The position numbers were made by a program, and so were the translations under genes. Positions 12,056 through 21,529 of a stretch of 64,000 nt of DNA are shown here, one piece after another. The stretch's first letter is position 1, and each line of letters starts with the position of its first letter. Below the pieces are notes generated by a model. That model was not told where the DNA came from. It saw only the letters and a list, made by a program, of their open reading frames with translations, and did no database searches. Source of the stretch: a bacterium (GTDB taxonomy: Bacteria > UBA8248); contig CBDATS010000002.1 in the NCBI GenBank assembly GCA_965200245.1, positions 160,001 through 224,000 of the forward strand, read 5' to 3'.

Positions 12056-12916
12056 CTATTCTCCCAACCAAAGCGTCCTGGCGCCACGTGGTGGCTCCAA
12101 GCTGAATAGTCCATCGGGAAGCGCTTGATCCACCTCGTCCTCACCTTCCGGATAGGTGATACGGAGACGGTTCCCTCCCCCGGGCCCGAGAATCTCCACG
12201 TGCGAGGGACGCCACGCTTCCCCGGTCTTTGAAAACGCCCCGTAGCGAACGACAACCACCCCCCGCTGCGTGCGAATTTCCACTTTCACGGGATGAAAAT
12301 CCCGGGGTCCCAACTCGACGAAACCGGAAACCACGGCTTTGGTGTCTTTCTTCGTCTCGAACCTGTAGACGGAAGCCCGTTTTTTCAGTTCGAGATTTTC
12401 CACGCCTCCCAGCACTGCCGCCCAGTCTGCCAACAGCAACTTGATGAAAATTTCGCCCCTCAGCGGAATCCCCAGAATTCCCTCGATTCCGTCCCTGTTC
12501 GTATGGCCCATGAATACGGCGTTGCGCGCGGGGGAATAGGCGCGAAACAGGCCGTCTAGCGCGACCACGACCACCAGGGGCGCACCAAACGGAGAGAGCG
12601 GCTCGATACGCAGCGCATCGGGCTTGCGCAGGACGAGCACAGCCTGGCCGGAGAACGAACCATCGGGAATCAGGGGGTTCTCGCGTCTTGCCTGCGATCG
12701 GTCACCGTGAAAACGCAATTGCATGAATGCAACGCCACGATAGGTGCGGGGATACCGCCTCTGCTCGAGTCTGGCGACGATTTCCCCCCTCGAAGCATCA
12801 AGCGGTACAAGTATCCCCGCTAACCCGGTTTGTATCTCCGTTAGCCCGGTTTGAACGAACGCGCAACCGGACAGCATACAGAACGATACCGCCATCAAAA
12901 GACGTAAGCTACGCAA
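12056..12916 (-). CDS. LolB-like / DUF4292-like outer-membrane lipoprotein
   Basis: Lipobox MLSGC; LRIEPLSPFG motif; occupies the lolB slot in TPR-lolB-ispE-prs. Confidence 0.65.
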   Translation of the reverse strand: MRSLRLLMAVSFCMLSGCAFVQTGLTEIQTGLAGILVPLDASRGEIVARLEQRRYPRTYRGVAFMQLRFHGDRSQARRENPLIPDGSFSGQAVLVLRKPDALRIEPLSPFGAPLVVVVALDGLFRAYSPARNAVFMGHTNRDGIEGILGIPLRGEIFIKLLLADWAAVLGGVENLELKKRASVYRFETKKDTKAVVSGFVELGPRDFHPVKVEIRTQRGVVVVRYGAFSKTGEAWRPSHVEILGPGGGNRLRITYPEGEDEVDQALPDGLFSLEPPRGARTLWLGE

Positions 12917-13004
12917 GAATCAAACGTCCCCGGTGAAAGAAGTCATGAAAGTCTGATCGAGAACCGGCGGAGACGGTCAAAATATCCCCAAAAATCGAAA
13001 ACCC

Positions 13005-14738
13005 CTACATGAGGGGCTTTTTCTTCAGATGCTTCCGAATCTTCCCTTTCAGTTTTTCGTTTTTCGGGTCCGCCTCGACGGCGCGCTTCCAGTGGGTCAG
13101 CGCATTTTCAAGGTCTTGCAGGGCGAGATATATGTCACCCAGGTGATCGAGGATCACGGCGTCCTTGGGCATCTTCGTCGCCGCGTGAAGCACTTTCTCG
13201 AGTGCTTTCCGGAAGCAGCCCTGACGGTAATACACCCATCCGATGCTGTCGAGAAAAGCGGCGTTCTCGGGTTCGATCGCCAACGCGCGATCGAGTAGTT
13301 TTTCTGCCTCGTCGAGATTCCTGTCGAGTTCCGAAAACATGTAGCCCAACAAGTTCAGGGCATTGGCGTGCCTGGGATTGGCTTTTATGATTTTTCTCGT
13401 CGTGGCTTCCACATCGTCCCAGCGCTCGAGCTCGTAATAGACCGAAGCTAGAGAATATAGGTATCCCTCCCGGTCGGGCTCCAGGACCACCGCCTTTTGA
13501 AGGTGGGGCATCGCTTCGGCGAACTTCTTTTGTCTGGACAGTGCCAAACCGCGCGTGTAGCGCACCCGTCCTTCGGTGGGGTGGTGTTTTTCGGCCCGGG
13601 TCAGAACATCTGCCGCTTTCTTCCACTTTTTCTGGTCAATGAACAACCATGCGAGTTGGACGAGCCCGTCCAGCGACCTGGGCGACAGCTTCAGCAATTC
13701 GAGAAGCTCTTCCTCGGCGCGTTCGTATTGCTTCAACTCTTCATAAATTCTCGCCACGTATTTTCGGACCATCTCGTCTTTCGGGTTTCTCGCCAAGACG
13801 AACCGAAACTCCCGAAGCGCATCCTGGTACTCTCTTTGATCGAAGTTCAAGAACCCGAGTGTCCGGTGCACCCCCACGTTGTCAGGCTCCTCCGAACCAA
13901 GCACCTTGAACTCCTCGAGAGCCTGTTTCATATTCTTCTTTTGTATATAGAGCTGGCCCAGGCGAGAGCGAACGAGCCGGTTTCCCGGTTCCAGTTCCTG
14001 CGCCTTCTTGTAGGCAGTTTCCGCATCCTCGAATTTTTTCTGCGCTTCATAGATTCTTGCGAGAAGAAGTCTTCCATTCATGAATTTCGGTTGTCTCTCG
14101 AGGAGCACGATCAGTTCCTGCTCCGCCTCGTCGTATCTCTTCAAGCCCGCATAGGCTCGCGCCAGGTGAAAACCACCCAGAAGTGGCCTGTTTTCCGATC
14201 TGGAGAGAATCTCCAGCGTTTCGGCAGCCTTGAGATAGTTGCCCAGTTCCAGGTAGGCGACGCCCAGAAACAGGCGCGTCTCCTGATTCTCGGGACTCAT
14301 CTCCAGCAACTTGCTGTAGGTATCGACGGCTTCTTCCATCTTCGTCCGGGAAGCGTATATGCCCCCGAGCACGAAGTGAGCCTCCAGGTTCTTCGCATCC
14401 TGCTCCGTCGCCTTGAGCGCGTATTTTTCCGCTTCCTCGAGTTTCCCCTGGCGAACGAGAAGCGACGCCAAGCGGGTAGTCAGAAAAGAGGAGTCCGGGT
14501 TGTTCTCGACCGCCTGGAAATAAGACGATTCCGCATCATTGAGGTTTCCGGCCAACTCTTCCCGGTAGCCGGCGATGAAATGAAAATAGGATTTCGATGT
14601 TTTTCTGATTGTATCGGAAAGAGGACGCAACTTGACTGCAGGAGTGGCGGGCTTCACCTCGGTTTCGGTTTCGAGAGGCACACACCCGGCCAGAACCAAT
14701 GCGAGGGGGAGAATTATCTTGCCGTAGAATTTGATCAT
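13005..14738 (-). CDS. TPR-repeat lipoprotein
   Basis: Lipobox LAGC, many TPRs, C-terminal ALNLLGY...FLDSIGWVYY...HLGD typical of the TPR gene upstream of lolB-ispE. Confidence 0.9.
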   Translation of the reverse strand: MIKFYGKIILPLALVLAGCVPLETETEVKPATPAVKLRPLSDTIRKTSKSYFHFIAGYREELAGNLNDAESSYFQAVENNPDSSFLTTRLASLLVRQGKLEEAEKYALKATEQDAKNLEAHFVLGGIYASRTKMEEAVDTYSKLLEMSPENQETRLFLGVAYLELGNYLKAAETLEILSRSENRPLLGGFHLARAYAGLKRYDEAEQELIVLLERQPKFMNGRLLLARIYEAQKKFEDAETAYKKAQELEPGNRLVRSRLGQLYIQKKNMKQALEEFKVLGSEEPDNVGVHRTLGFLNFDQREYQDALREFRFVLARNPKDEMVRKYVARIYEELKQYERAEEELLELLKLSPRSLDGLVQLAWLFIDQKKWKKAADVLTRAEKHHPTEGRVRYTRGLALSRQKKFAEAMPHLQKAVVLEPDREGYLYSLASVYYELERWDDVEATTRKIIKANPRHANALNLLGYMFSELDRNLDEAEKLLDRALAIEPENAAFLDSIGWVYYRQGCFRKALEKVLHAATKMPKDAVILDHLGDIYLALQDLENALTHWKRAVEADPKNEKLKGKIRKHLKKKPLM

Positions 14739-14775
14739 CAATTACAACCTCTCCAGCAGTTTCTCACGCCGGATA

Positions 14776-15285
14776 TTACAACGAGCAGGAATCTCCATGC
14801 GCCTGAACGTGGCGAATGAGTTTTTCCGCTGCGCGGCGCAACTGCTCGTCTCCCATCTCTGAGATGGCATCCTGTATGGCAGCGTCATCTGCGGAGGAAA
14901 TCGGCGTCGCCTTACTTGCGAACGCCCTCGACTCGCCTCCTTCCTCATCAAGGTCGAATATCAGGCCCGTGTTCGATAGTCTGAAACGAATATCTGTGAT
15001 GCGCAAATCCCCCAGGTGCTCGTTCACCCTTGCCAGCAAATCCTGCTTCCTGAGTTCGAGTTCATACAACCAACTCGAATCCGCCACTTCCACGAACAGG
15101 CAACTCTTCCTCAGGGATACAGGCCGCGCCGCCCGGGAGATGCCTTCACCGACAGCCCTCGGCCAGATGCGAAAAACGAAATTCCTCGCCAGCCGCCTGC
15201 CCCAGGGTTCTTTCCGGCGCAACTCCTTCAGGATGGATTCGAATTTCCTAGGTTTCGAGAAGGGATGCCTATTCACTCGAAACAC
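14776..15285 (-). CDS. dciA: DUF721 / DciA family helicase-loading protein
   Basis: WPRAVG..I....P......L.V.V..S.W..EL......LL..VN.......I..IRF pattern. Confidence 0.8.
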   Translation of the reverse strand: MFRVNRHPFSKPRKFESILKELRRKEPWGRRLARNFVFRIWPRAVGEGISRAARPVSLRKSCLFVEVADSSWLYELELRKQDLLARVNEHLGDLRITDIRFRLSNTGLIFDLDEEGGESRAFASKATPISSADDAAIQDAISEMGDEQLRRAAEKLIRHVQAHGDSCSL

Positions 15286-15967
15286 TCCCTTTCAAGAGGG
15301 TTTCGGTGGCCCGTCCACCAGACAACTCCCCGATCGCACTCATCACGCGGTCGATAATCTTCTGACTCGCCTCTTTCGTGTTGGTGATTTCATACTCATC
15401 GCTCAAATCCATCGGCGCGCCGAAGCGTATTTCCACCCTCGTTCCCGGACGGGGCATGATCTTGCCCACCGGTATCACCCGGTCCGTCCCTTTCACGGAA
15501 ACAGGGACGACCGTGGGCATAACGTTTTTCACAATGCGGCCCACCATACGATTTCCCTTCAGAAGCTGTCCGTCGCGGCTCCGCGTACCTTCAGGGTAGA
15601 GGATGACTTTCCCCTCTTTGGTGTATTCCTCGATCATACGGATGGATTTCCTGTCCGCCCCGCCACGCTTGATGGGGAAAGCCCGCCATTTGTACAGTAT
15701 CCAACCTACTACGGGGATGCCGAAAAGCTCTTCCTTTCCGGCCTGGCGAAGGAGTTCTTCGGGGTATTTCGAATATATGGCCCAGGGTATCACCAGGACG
15801 TCGAGAGCGGAGATATGATTGCTCAAAAAGAGAATGTTCCCCCCCGGCGGGATATTCTCCATTCCAGTGATTTTCATTCTGGTAAACAAGCGGACAATAA
15901 GGCCCACAAAGACACGCCCCGCCCTAATCATCACCCGCTCGATCAATGGACCGGTGTCCGCGATCAA
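15269..15967 (-). CDS. plsC: 1-acyl-sn-glycerol-3-phosphate acyltransferase family protein
   Basis: NHISALD (HX4D), FPIKRG, YPEGTRS. Confidence 0.88.
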   Translation of the reverse strand: MIADTGPLIERVMIRAGRVFVGLIVRLFTRMKITGMENIPPGGNILFLSNHISALDVLVIPWAIYSKYPEELLRQAGKEELFGIPVVGWILYKWRAFPIKRGGADRKSIRMIEEYTKEGKVILYPEGTRSRDGQLLKGNRMVGRIVKNVMPTVVPVSVKGTDRVIPVGKIMPRPGTRVEIRFGAPMDLSDEYEITNTKEASQKIIDRVMSAIGELSGGRATETLLKGSVSSE

Positions 15968-16208
15968 CTCGGAAATCTCCCCTCATGCAGCACTGAAAAT
16001 TCATTGGATTTCAAGGTTTTCACCAGCCGAACCACCCAGAAGACGCAGGGCGCAAACGCGCAAGGATGGCCGGAGCAACAGTATACCCCCTTGCGATGGA
16101 GAATAACACAAGACGGGAGCGAAAATGAGGTTGCCCGGCAAGAAAGTGGATGCAATAATTTGCGCGCCTTGTCGAGAAACGGCCATTTGCCCGGAAAGGG
16201 AGTTTCGC

Positions 16209-17588
16209 GTGCCCGGTATTAACCCGCTGATATTCAGGGAATACGACATTCGCGGCATCGTGGAGAAAGACCTCACGGCAGAGGTCGCAGAGACCATCGG
16301 CGGCGCCCTCGGAACGTTCCTTGGCGGTGCACGGGGAGCCACAATCGCCGTCGGGCGGGACAACCGCTACTCCTCTTCCGATTTCTACGACACGCTCCAA
16401 AAGGGCCTCACCGCGTCGGGCTGCCGCGTCATCGGGGTCGGTATGGTTCCCACACCGGTGGTTTCCTTCGCGACGCATCACCTCGACGTAAGCGGCGCTG
16501 TCCAGATAACGGGTTCGCACAACCCGCCCGAGTTCAACGGATTCAAGATCACCCGGGGGCGCGAGGCGATACACGGTGCAGAAATCCAGGATATACGGAA
16601 AATCATCGAGGAAGGACGTATTCATCGTGCCGCGGCACGCGGCGCGTTCACGGAAGTCGACATCCGGCCCCAATACATCGAGCGCGCTTCCAGGGATTTG
16701 GCGCTTTCGCGGCCCGTGAAGGTCGTGGTAGATGCAGGGAACGGCGTCGGCGGCACGGTGGCACCCCAGGTTCTGAGAAGAATCGGTGCGGAGGTGGTGG
16801 AACTCTTTACCGAGCCCGACGCCTCTTATCCGAATCACCATCCGGACCCCACGGTGCCCGCAAACCTGGAATCCCTGATCGCCGGGGTGCGAGAATCCGG
16901 TGCGGAGGTCGGCATCGGCCTCGACGGGGATGGGGACCGTATCGGCGCGGTGGACGCCACTGGGCGGATTGTATGGGGAGATGAATTGCTCATGCTGCTT
17001 GCCGCACCGATTCTGGAGAGAACCCCCGGCGAGGCCATCGTCTTCGATGTCAAGTGCTCATCGCGCCTCGCCGACGCCGTGAAGCAAATGGGTGGGCGCC
17101 CCGTGATGAGCGCGACCGGCCACTCGCTCGTGCGCGCCAAGATACTGGAGGAAAAAGCGCTCCTCGGCGGGGAACTCTCCGGCCACATCTTCTTCGTGGA
17201 CGGCTATTTCGGCTATGACGACGCCATCTACACCGCCGCCAGGCTCCTGCATCTTCTCTCCGGTTCTGACGAAACGTTCTCCGATCACGTAGCGAAAATA
17301 CCCGATTCGGTCTCCACGCCCGAGATCCGGGTTGCGTGCCCGGACGAGGAAAAGTTCCAGATCGTGGACAATTTAAAGAATCACTTTATAAATTATTACG
17401 AAACTATTGATATAGATGGTGTTCGAATTAATTTTAAAAGGGGATGGGGTCTCATCAGAGCCTCGAATACGCAGCCCGCACTCGTGATGCGCTTCGAGGC
17501 ACTCGACGAACCCTCCCTGCATACGTACCGCACGGAAGTATACGAGGAAATAAGAAAATACCCCGTCGTCTCCTTGCCAGATGAATAG
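16209..17588 (+). CDS. algC: Phosphomannomutase/phosphoglucomutase (AlgC type)
   Basis: IFREYDIRG, ITGSHNP, PNHHPDP, DGDGDR, GELSGH, RASNTQP. Start set at GTG 16209 after an SD. Confidence 0.93.
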   Translation: MPGINPLIFREYDIRGIVEKDLTAEVAETIGGALGTFLGGARGATIAVGRDNRYSSSDFYDTLQKGLTASGCRVIGVGMVPTPVVSFATHHLDVSGAVQITGSHNPPEFNGFKITRGREAIHGAEIQDIRKIIEEGRIHRAAARGAFTEVDIRPQYIERASRDLALSRPVKVVVDAGNGVGGTVAPQVLRRIGAEVVELFTEPDASYPNHHPDPTVPANLESLIAGVRESGAEVGIGLDGDGDRIGAVDATGRIVWGDELLMLLAAPILERTPGEAIVFDVKCSSRLADAVKQMGGRPVMSATGHSLVRAKILEEKALLGGELSGHIFFVDGYFGYDDAIYTAARLLHLLSGSDETFSDHVAKIPDSVSTPEIRVACPDEEKFQIVDNLKNHFINYYETIDIDGVRINFKRGWGLIRASNTQPALVMRFEALDEPSLHTYRTEVYEEIRKYPVVSLPDE

Positions 17589-18171
17589 GCTCCGCGAGTT
17601 CTATGATTGGGTGCTGGACTGGGCGGATTCGCGCTACGCCCTGCCTGCCTTGATCGTCGTATCGACGACAGAATCCGTCTTTTTTCCCATACCGCCGGAC
17701 CCGCTTCTGATAGCGCTGGCGCTCGCCAGGCCGCAAAGAGCGTATCTCTACGCCGCCGTCTGCTCGGTTTCTTCCGTGGTGGGCGGGGCACTGGGCTATT
17801 TTGTCGGATTTTATCTCTTCAAAAGCATTGGAGAGTCCATCATCACCTTCTACGGAGTGGCCAATAAATACCAAATCGTTCAAGAGTACTTCCGCGCCTA
17901 TGACGCCTGGGCAGTGGGGATCGCGGGCTTTACGCCGATCCCCTACAAGGTGTTTACTATCTCGGCGGGCGCGTTCCAGATCGATTTCCTGGTGTTCCTC
18001 CTCGCATCGATCGTGAGCCGATCGGCGCGCTTTTTCCTTGAAGCTGCGCTCATTCACCGTTTCGGCCCGGGAATACGGAGTTTCATCGATCGCTACTTTA
18101 ACTTATCAACCATTCTCTTTATCGTATTGCTTGTCGGCGGTTTTCTCCTGTTCAAAGGGTTCCTGAGGTGA
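17581..18171 (+). CDS. YqaA / DedA (VTT) family membrane protein
   Basis: ESVFFPIPPD, GFTPIPYKVFTISAG, SRSARF. Confidence 0.9.
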   Translation: MNRLREFYDWVLDWADSRYALPALIVVSTTESVFFPIPPDPLLIALALARPQRAYLYAAVCSVSSVVGGALGYFVGFYLFKSIGESIITFYGVANKYQIVQEYFRAYDAWAVGIAGFTPIPYKVFTISAGAFQIDFLVFLLASIVSRSARFFLEAALIHRFGPGIRSFIDRYFNLSTILFIVLLVGGFLLFKGFLR

Positions 18172-19295
18172 GCAGACACAGTTCGGTCCCATTGTGGACG
18201 GTCATCATGGCGGGAGGCGTGGGGACGCGCTTCTGGCCCGTGAGCAGAAAGACGAAACCCAAGCAATTCCTGCCGCCCGGCGGAGGGATTCTCCCGAAAG
18301 GCGGGGGACCATCGCTGCTCGAAACGACACTCAAACGCGCGCGCGGACTTGCAACACCCGAGCGAACGCTCATAGTCGCCTCGGCGTCACACAGGAAACT
18401 TTTGAGAGGTATCGACATCCCGAAACAAAACTTCGTCTACGAACCTGCCGCGAGAAACACCGCGCCATGTCTCGGCCTGGCGGCCCATCTCATCGAATCG
18501 AGAGAACCTGACGCGTTCATGTGCGCTCTGCCCGCGGACCAATACATCGGAAATACGAGGGAGTTTCGAAAACTCGTCAAGTCTGCCGCGCAGCTGGCGC
18601 GCGAGCATGGAGCAATCGTCTCGCTCGGGGCAATACCCCGATCGCCCGAGACCGGCTACGGCTACATCGAACGTGGTAAGCGCACCACGCCAGCGGGCGA
18701 AGTCGAGGCCTTTCGTGCCAAGAGATTCCGCGAAAAACCCCCGCTCGCACAGGCCAGAAGGTATGTGGCATCCGGGAAGCACTACTGGAACAGCGGTATT
18801 TTCGTGTCCCAGACCGCCCGGCTGCTCAATGAACTCGAAGCCCACCTGCCCCGCCTGAACGCTACTTTACGCCGGGCGACGACCGCATTTGACAAACGAG
18901 ACACCTCCGCTTTTGCAAAACTATTCATGCAGTGCGAATCCATCAGCATCGATCACGGAGTGATGGAAAAAACGCGCCGCCTAATCGTTTTGCCGGCCGA
19001 TATCGGCTGGAGTGATCTGGGTACCTGGCCCGCCCTTCGAGATGTCTTGCCACGCGATGAGGCTGGCAACGTCTGGATACTACCCAAAGGAGGCGAAACT
19101 GAATCCATCGACGCAAAGAACCTCATCGTCCGATCCAACAAGAAGTTCGTCGCCGCACTCGGAGTCGAGGACCTCATCGTTGTCGAGGCAGACGATGCGC
19201 TCTTGATCTGTTCGATGGCGGAAGCGGAAAAAATCGGCGAGATGGTCAAACATCTCGGGGGAAAAGGCGGACGATTCCTGAAAACCATCCTGTGA
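18168..19295 (+). CDS. manC: Mannose-1-phosphate guanylyltransferase (monofunctional)
   Basis: IMAGGVGTRFWPVSR..PKQF, EPAARNTAP, ETGYGYI, FREKP, WNSGIF, GWSDLGTW. Confidence 0.93.
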   Translation: MSRHSSVPLWTVIMAGGVGTRFWPVSRKTKPKQFLPPGGGILPKGGGPSLLETTLKRARGLATPERTLIVASASHRKLLRGIDIPKQNFVYEPAARNTAPCLGLAAHLIESREPDAFMCALPADQYIGNTREFRKLVKSAAQLAREHGAIVSLGAIPRSPETGYGYIERGKRTTPAGEVEAFRAKRFREKPPLAQARRYVASGKHYWNSGIFVSQTARLLNELEAHLPRLNATLRRATTAFDKRDTSAFAKLFMQCESISIDHGVMEKTRRLIVLPADIGWSDLGTWPALRDVLPRDEAGNVWILPKGGETESIDAKNLIVRSNKKFVAALGVEDLIVVEADDALLICSMAEAEKIGEMVKHLGGKGGRFLKTIL

Positions 19296-19304
19296 CAGGC
19301 TGAC

Positions 19305-20111
19305 ATGCTCTGGGAAAATGCCCTCATTCTCGGCATCTTGCAAGGTTTGACCGAATTTCTGCCCGTGAGCAGTTCGGGTCATCTCGTTCTGGGCCAGAGC
19401 ATCCTGGGACTGAAAGAACCCGGGTTGCTCTTTGACGTCCTGCTCCACGTCGGTACGCTCGCCGCTGTACTCGTATTCTACGGAAAAGACCTCTGGCGCA
19501 TCGTGCAGGGATGGGTTTCATCCCTGGTGAGAGGAGATGCAAACGCCGCCGCGGCCAGAACAGGGTGGCTCCTGATTCTCGGCTCGGTTCCAGCGGGAAT
19601 CGTGGGGATTTTTCTGGGCGACCTAGTCGAGCAGATGTTCGCCTCGCCGAAACTCGCCGCCTGCGGGCTGCTGGTGACGGGTGTCATCCTGCGTCTCAGC
19701 GAACCCAAGGCAGACGCAGTACGGGAGGAAACCGAGATGACGGCAAAAGATGCCCTGTTCATCGGTATTTTCCAGGCGTTCGCCATTATACCGGGCATTT
19801 CGCGCTCGGGGTCGACTATCGCCGCCGCTCTCATGCAAGGAGTGGCACGGGAGCAGGCCGCGCGCTTCAGTTTCCTGCTCTCCGTGCCGGTCATTGCAGG
19901 CGCGTTCGCGCTCAAGGTGAAAGACCTGGAAGGCTCCCTCGGCACCAAGCTGCTCCCCTACGCCGTCGGCGCGCTCGCCGCGGCGATTGTGGGAGTCGTA
20001 GCCCTGGGCTGGCTCATCCGTCTCGTCCAGGGAGGTAACCTGGCGCGTTTTCGCTACTACTGCTGGGGCACGGGGGCGACCGTCCTCATCTATCTGTTCA
20101 CTGCGGGATAG
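19305..20111 (+). CDS. uppP: Undecaprenyl-diphosphate phosphatase
   Basis: QGLTEFLPVSSSGHL, PGISRSGST, ARFSFLL. Confidence 0.96.
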   Translation: MLWENALILGILQGLTEFLPVSSSGHLVLGQSILGLKEPGLLFDVLLHVGTLAAVLVFYGKDLWRIVQGWVSSLVRGDANAAAARTGWLLILGSVPAGIVGIFLGDLVEQMFASPKLAACGLLVTGVILRLSEPKADAVREETEMTAKDALFIGIFQAFAIIPGISRSGSTIAAALMQGVAREQAARFSFLLSVPVIAGAFALKVKDLEGSLGTKLLPYAVGALAAAIVGVVALGWLIRLVQGGNLARFRYYCWGTGATVLIYLFTAG

Positions 20112-20123
20112 CGCACGTACCGC

Positions 20124-20738
20124 CTAGTGCATGGGCGAGAACGAAGCGGGTACCCAAATTTCCGAATTCTGCGAGTCCAGGAACGGACGCGAGCCCGGAG
20201 GCCAGTTCGGCAACTCATGCGCTTTCTTGCGAATCTCGGCGCGATGGTTCATGTCCTCATATGCCCAGACGTGAATCCATTCGTTGAGCGGCCCCACATC
20301 TGTCATGAAGAGCGCAGCCAGCGGCGAGAGTTCTTCCCTGGCTGCGATGTGCTCGGTCCAGCGGCTCAAGACCTCGCCCGTCTTGCCAGGCTGTACAGTG
20401 TAGGTTCTGAACTCGTAGATGCCGCCATATTTCCCAAGGCGCGGCTCGGGACGGAACGAAGGAGCCGTCATTACCTTGCTTTCCTGTTCGACAATGAGGT
20501 GCCCGTTTGGCGGCGGCCACCAGTCCATGGAAGTCGTCTTCGCACGCACCTCGGCGCGGTGATTCATGCTCTCGTAATGCCAGATGTGCCTTATGCGGTT
20601 CAGGTCCCCGACCTCGGTATGGAAAAATCCCATAATCGGAGAAAGCTCGTTTCTCTTGTCGATGACTTTCGAGAAATTCTCCTCGAACTCGGCCACGCCG
20701 CCGACAGTGAGCCTATAAGTGCGCATTTCATAGATCAT
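20124..20738 (-). CDS. NIPSNAP family protein with two tandem domains
   Basis: Two copies of IYE.RTY...G.LN...H.W.YE.MNHRAE.R...W.P...P..F.P. Confidence 0.88.
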   Translation of the reverse strand: MIYEMRTYRLTVGGVAEFEENFSKVIDKRNELSPIMGFFHTEVGDLNRIRHIWHYESMNHRAEVRAKTTSMDWWPPPNGHLIVEQESKVMTAPSFRPEPRLGKYGGIYEFRTYTVQPGKTGEVLSRWTEHIAAREELSPLAALFMTDVGPLNEWIHVWAYEDMNHRAEIRKKAHELPNWPPGSRPFLDSQNSEIWVPASFSPMH

Positions 20739-20824
20739 ACAAAACCTCCTCGAAGTTGGTTTTGGAAAATGGAGTTCCCTGAAGTGTAAGCCCTTGCCGC
20801 CCGGCGGGCAAGGACGCGAGATAT

Positions 20825-21529
20825 TTATTCGCCCAGGTAGGCCTCGCGAACGGCGGGCGAATCGCGAAGGATATCCGGCCTGTCGCCCATGACGATACGG
20901 CCCGTCTCCATTACGTAGGCCCAGTCCGAGAAATTAAGCGCCAGGTGCGCGTTTTGCTCGACGAGGAATATGCCCGTTCCTTCCTCACGGATTCGCGTGA
21001 GGACTTCAAAAATAGTCTCGATAATACGGGGCGCAAGGCCGAGCGAAGGTTCATCGAGCAGGAGGAGCCTTGGTTTAGACATCAGGGCACGAGCGATGGC
21101 CAGCATCTGCTGCTCACCGCCCGAGAGCGTACCGCCCTTCTGGGCGCGGCGCTCGTGCAGCACGGGAAACAGGGAACAGACGTAATCGAGGTCTTCTTTC
21201 ACGCCTGCGGGGTCGTTTCTCAGGAAAGCACCCATTTCGAGGTTTTCGAGCACGGTCAGGTGCGGAAAGATACGCCTGCCTTCAGGCACCTGGCAGATGC
21301 CGCGCCTGACGATCTCGTCTGGCTCGCGCGCGTGGATGGCCTCTCCTTCAAACAGTATCTCACCGCGGGCGGGGGTGTTGACGCCGCAGATCGCCATGAG
21401 GGTGGAGGATTTGCCTGCCCCGTTGCTGCCAATGATGCAGGCCACCTGTCCCGAGCGCACCTCCAGCGACACGCCCTGCAGCGCGTGGATGTGCCCGTAG
21501 TAGAAGTGAACATTCCTTAGTTCAAGCAT
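20825..21529 (-). CDS. livF: Branched-chain amino acid ABC transporter ATP-binding protein
   Basis: GSNGAGKS, VPEGRRIF, LSGGEQQMLAIARAL, LVEQNA. Start ATG 21529. Confidence 0.93.
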   Translation of the reverse strand: MLELRNVHFYYGHIHALQGVSLEVRSGQVACIIGSNGAGKSSTLMAICGVNTPARGEILFEGEAIHAREPDEIVRRGICQVPEGRRIFPHLTVLENLEMGAFLRNDPAGVKEDLDYVCSLFPVLHERRAQKGGTLSGGEQQMLAIARALMSKPRLLLLDEPSLGLAPRIIETIFEVLTRIREEGTGIFLVEQNAHLALNFSDWAYVMETGRIVMGDRPDILRDSPAVREAYLGE

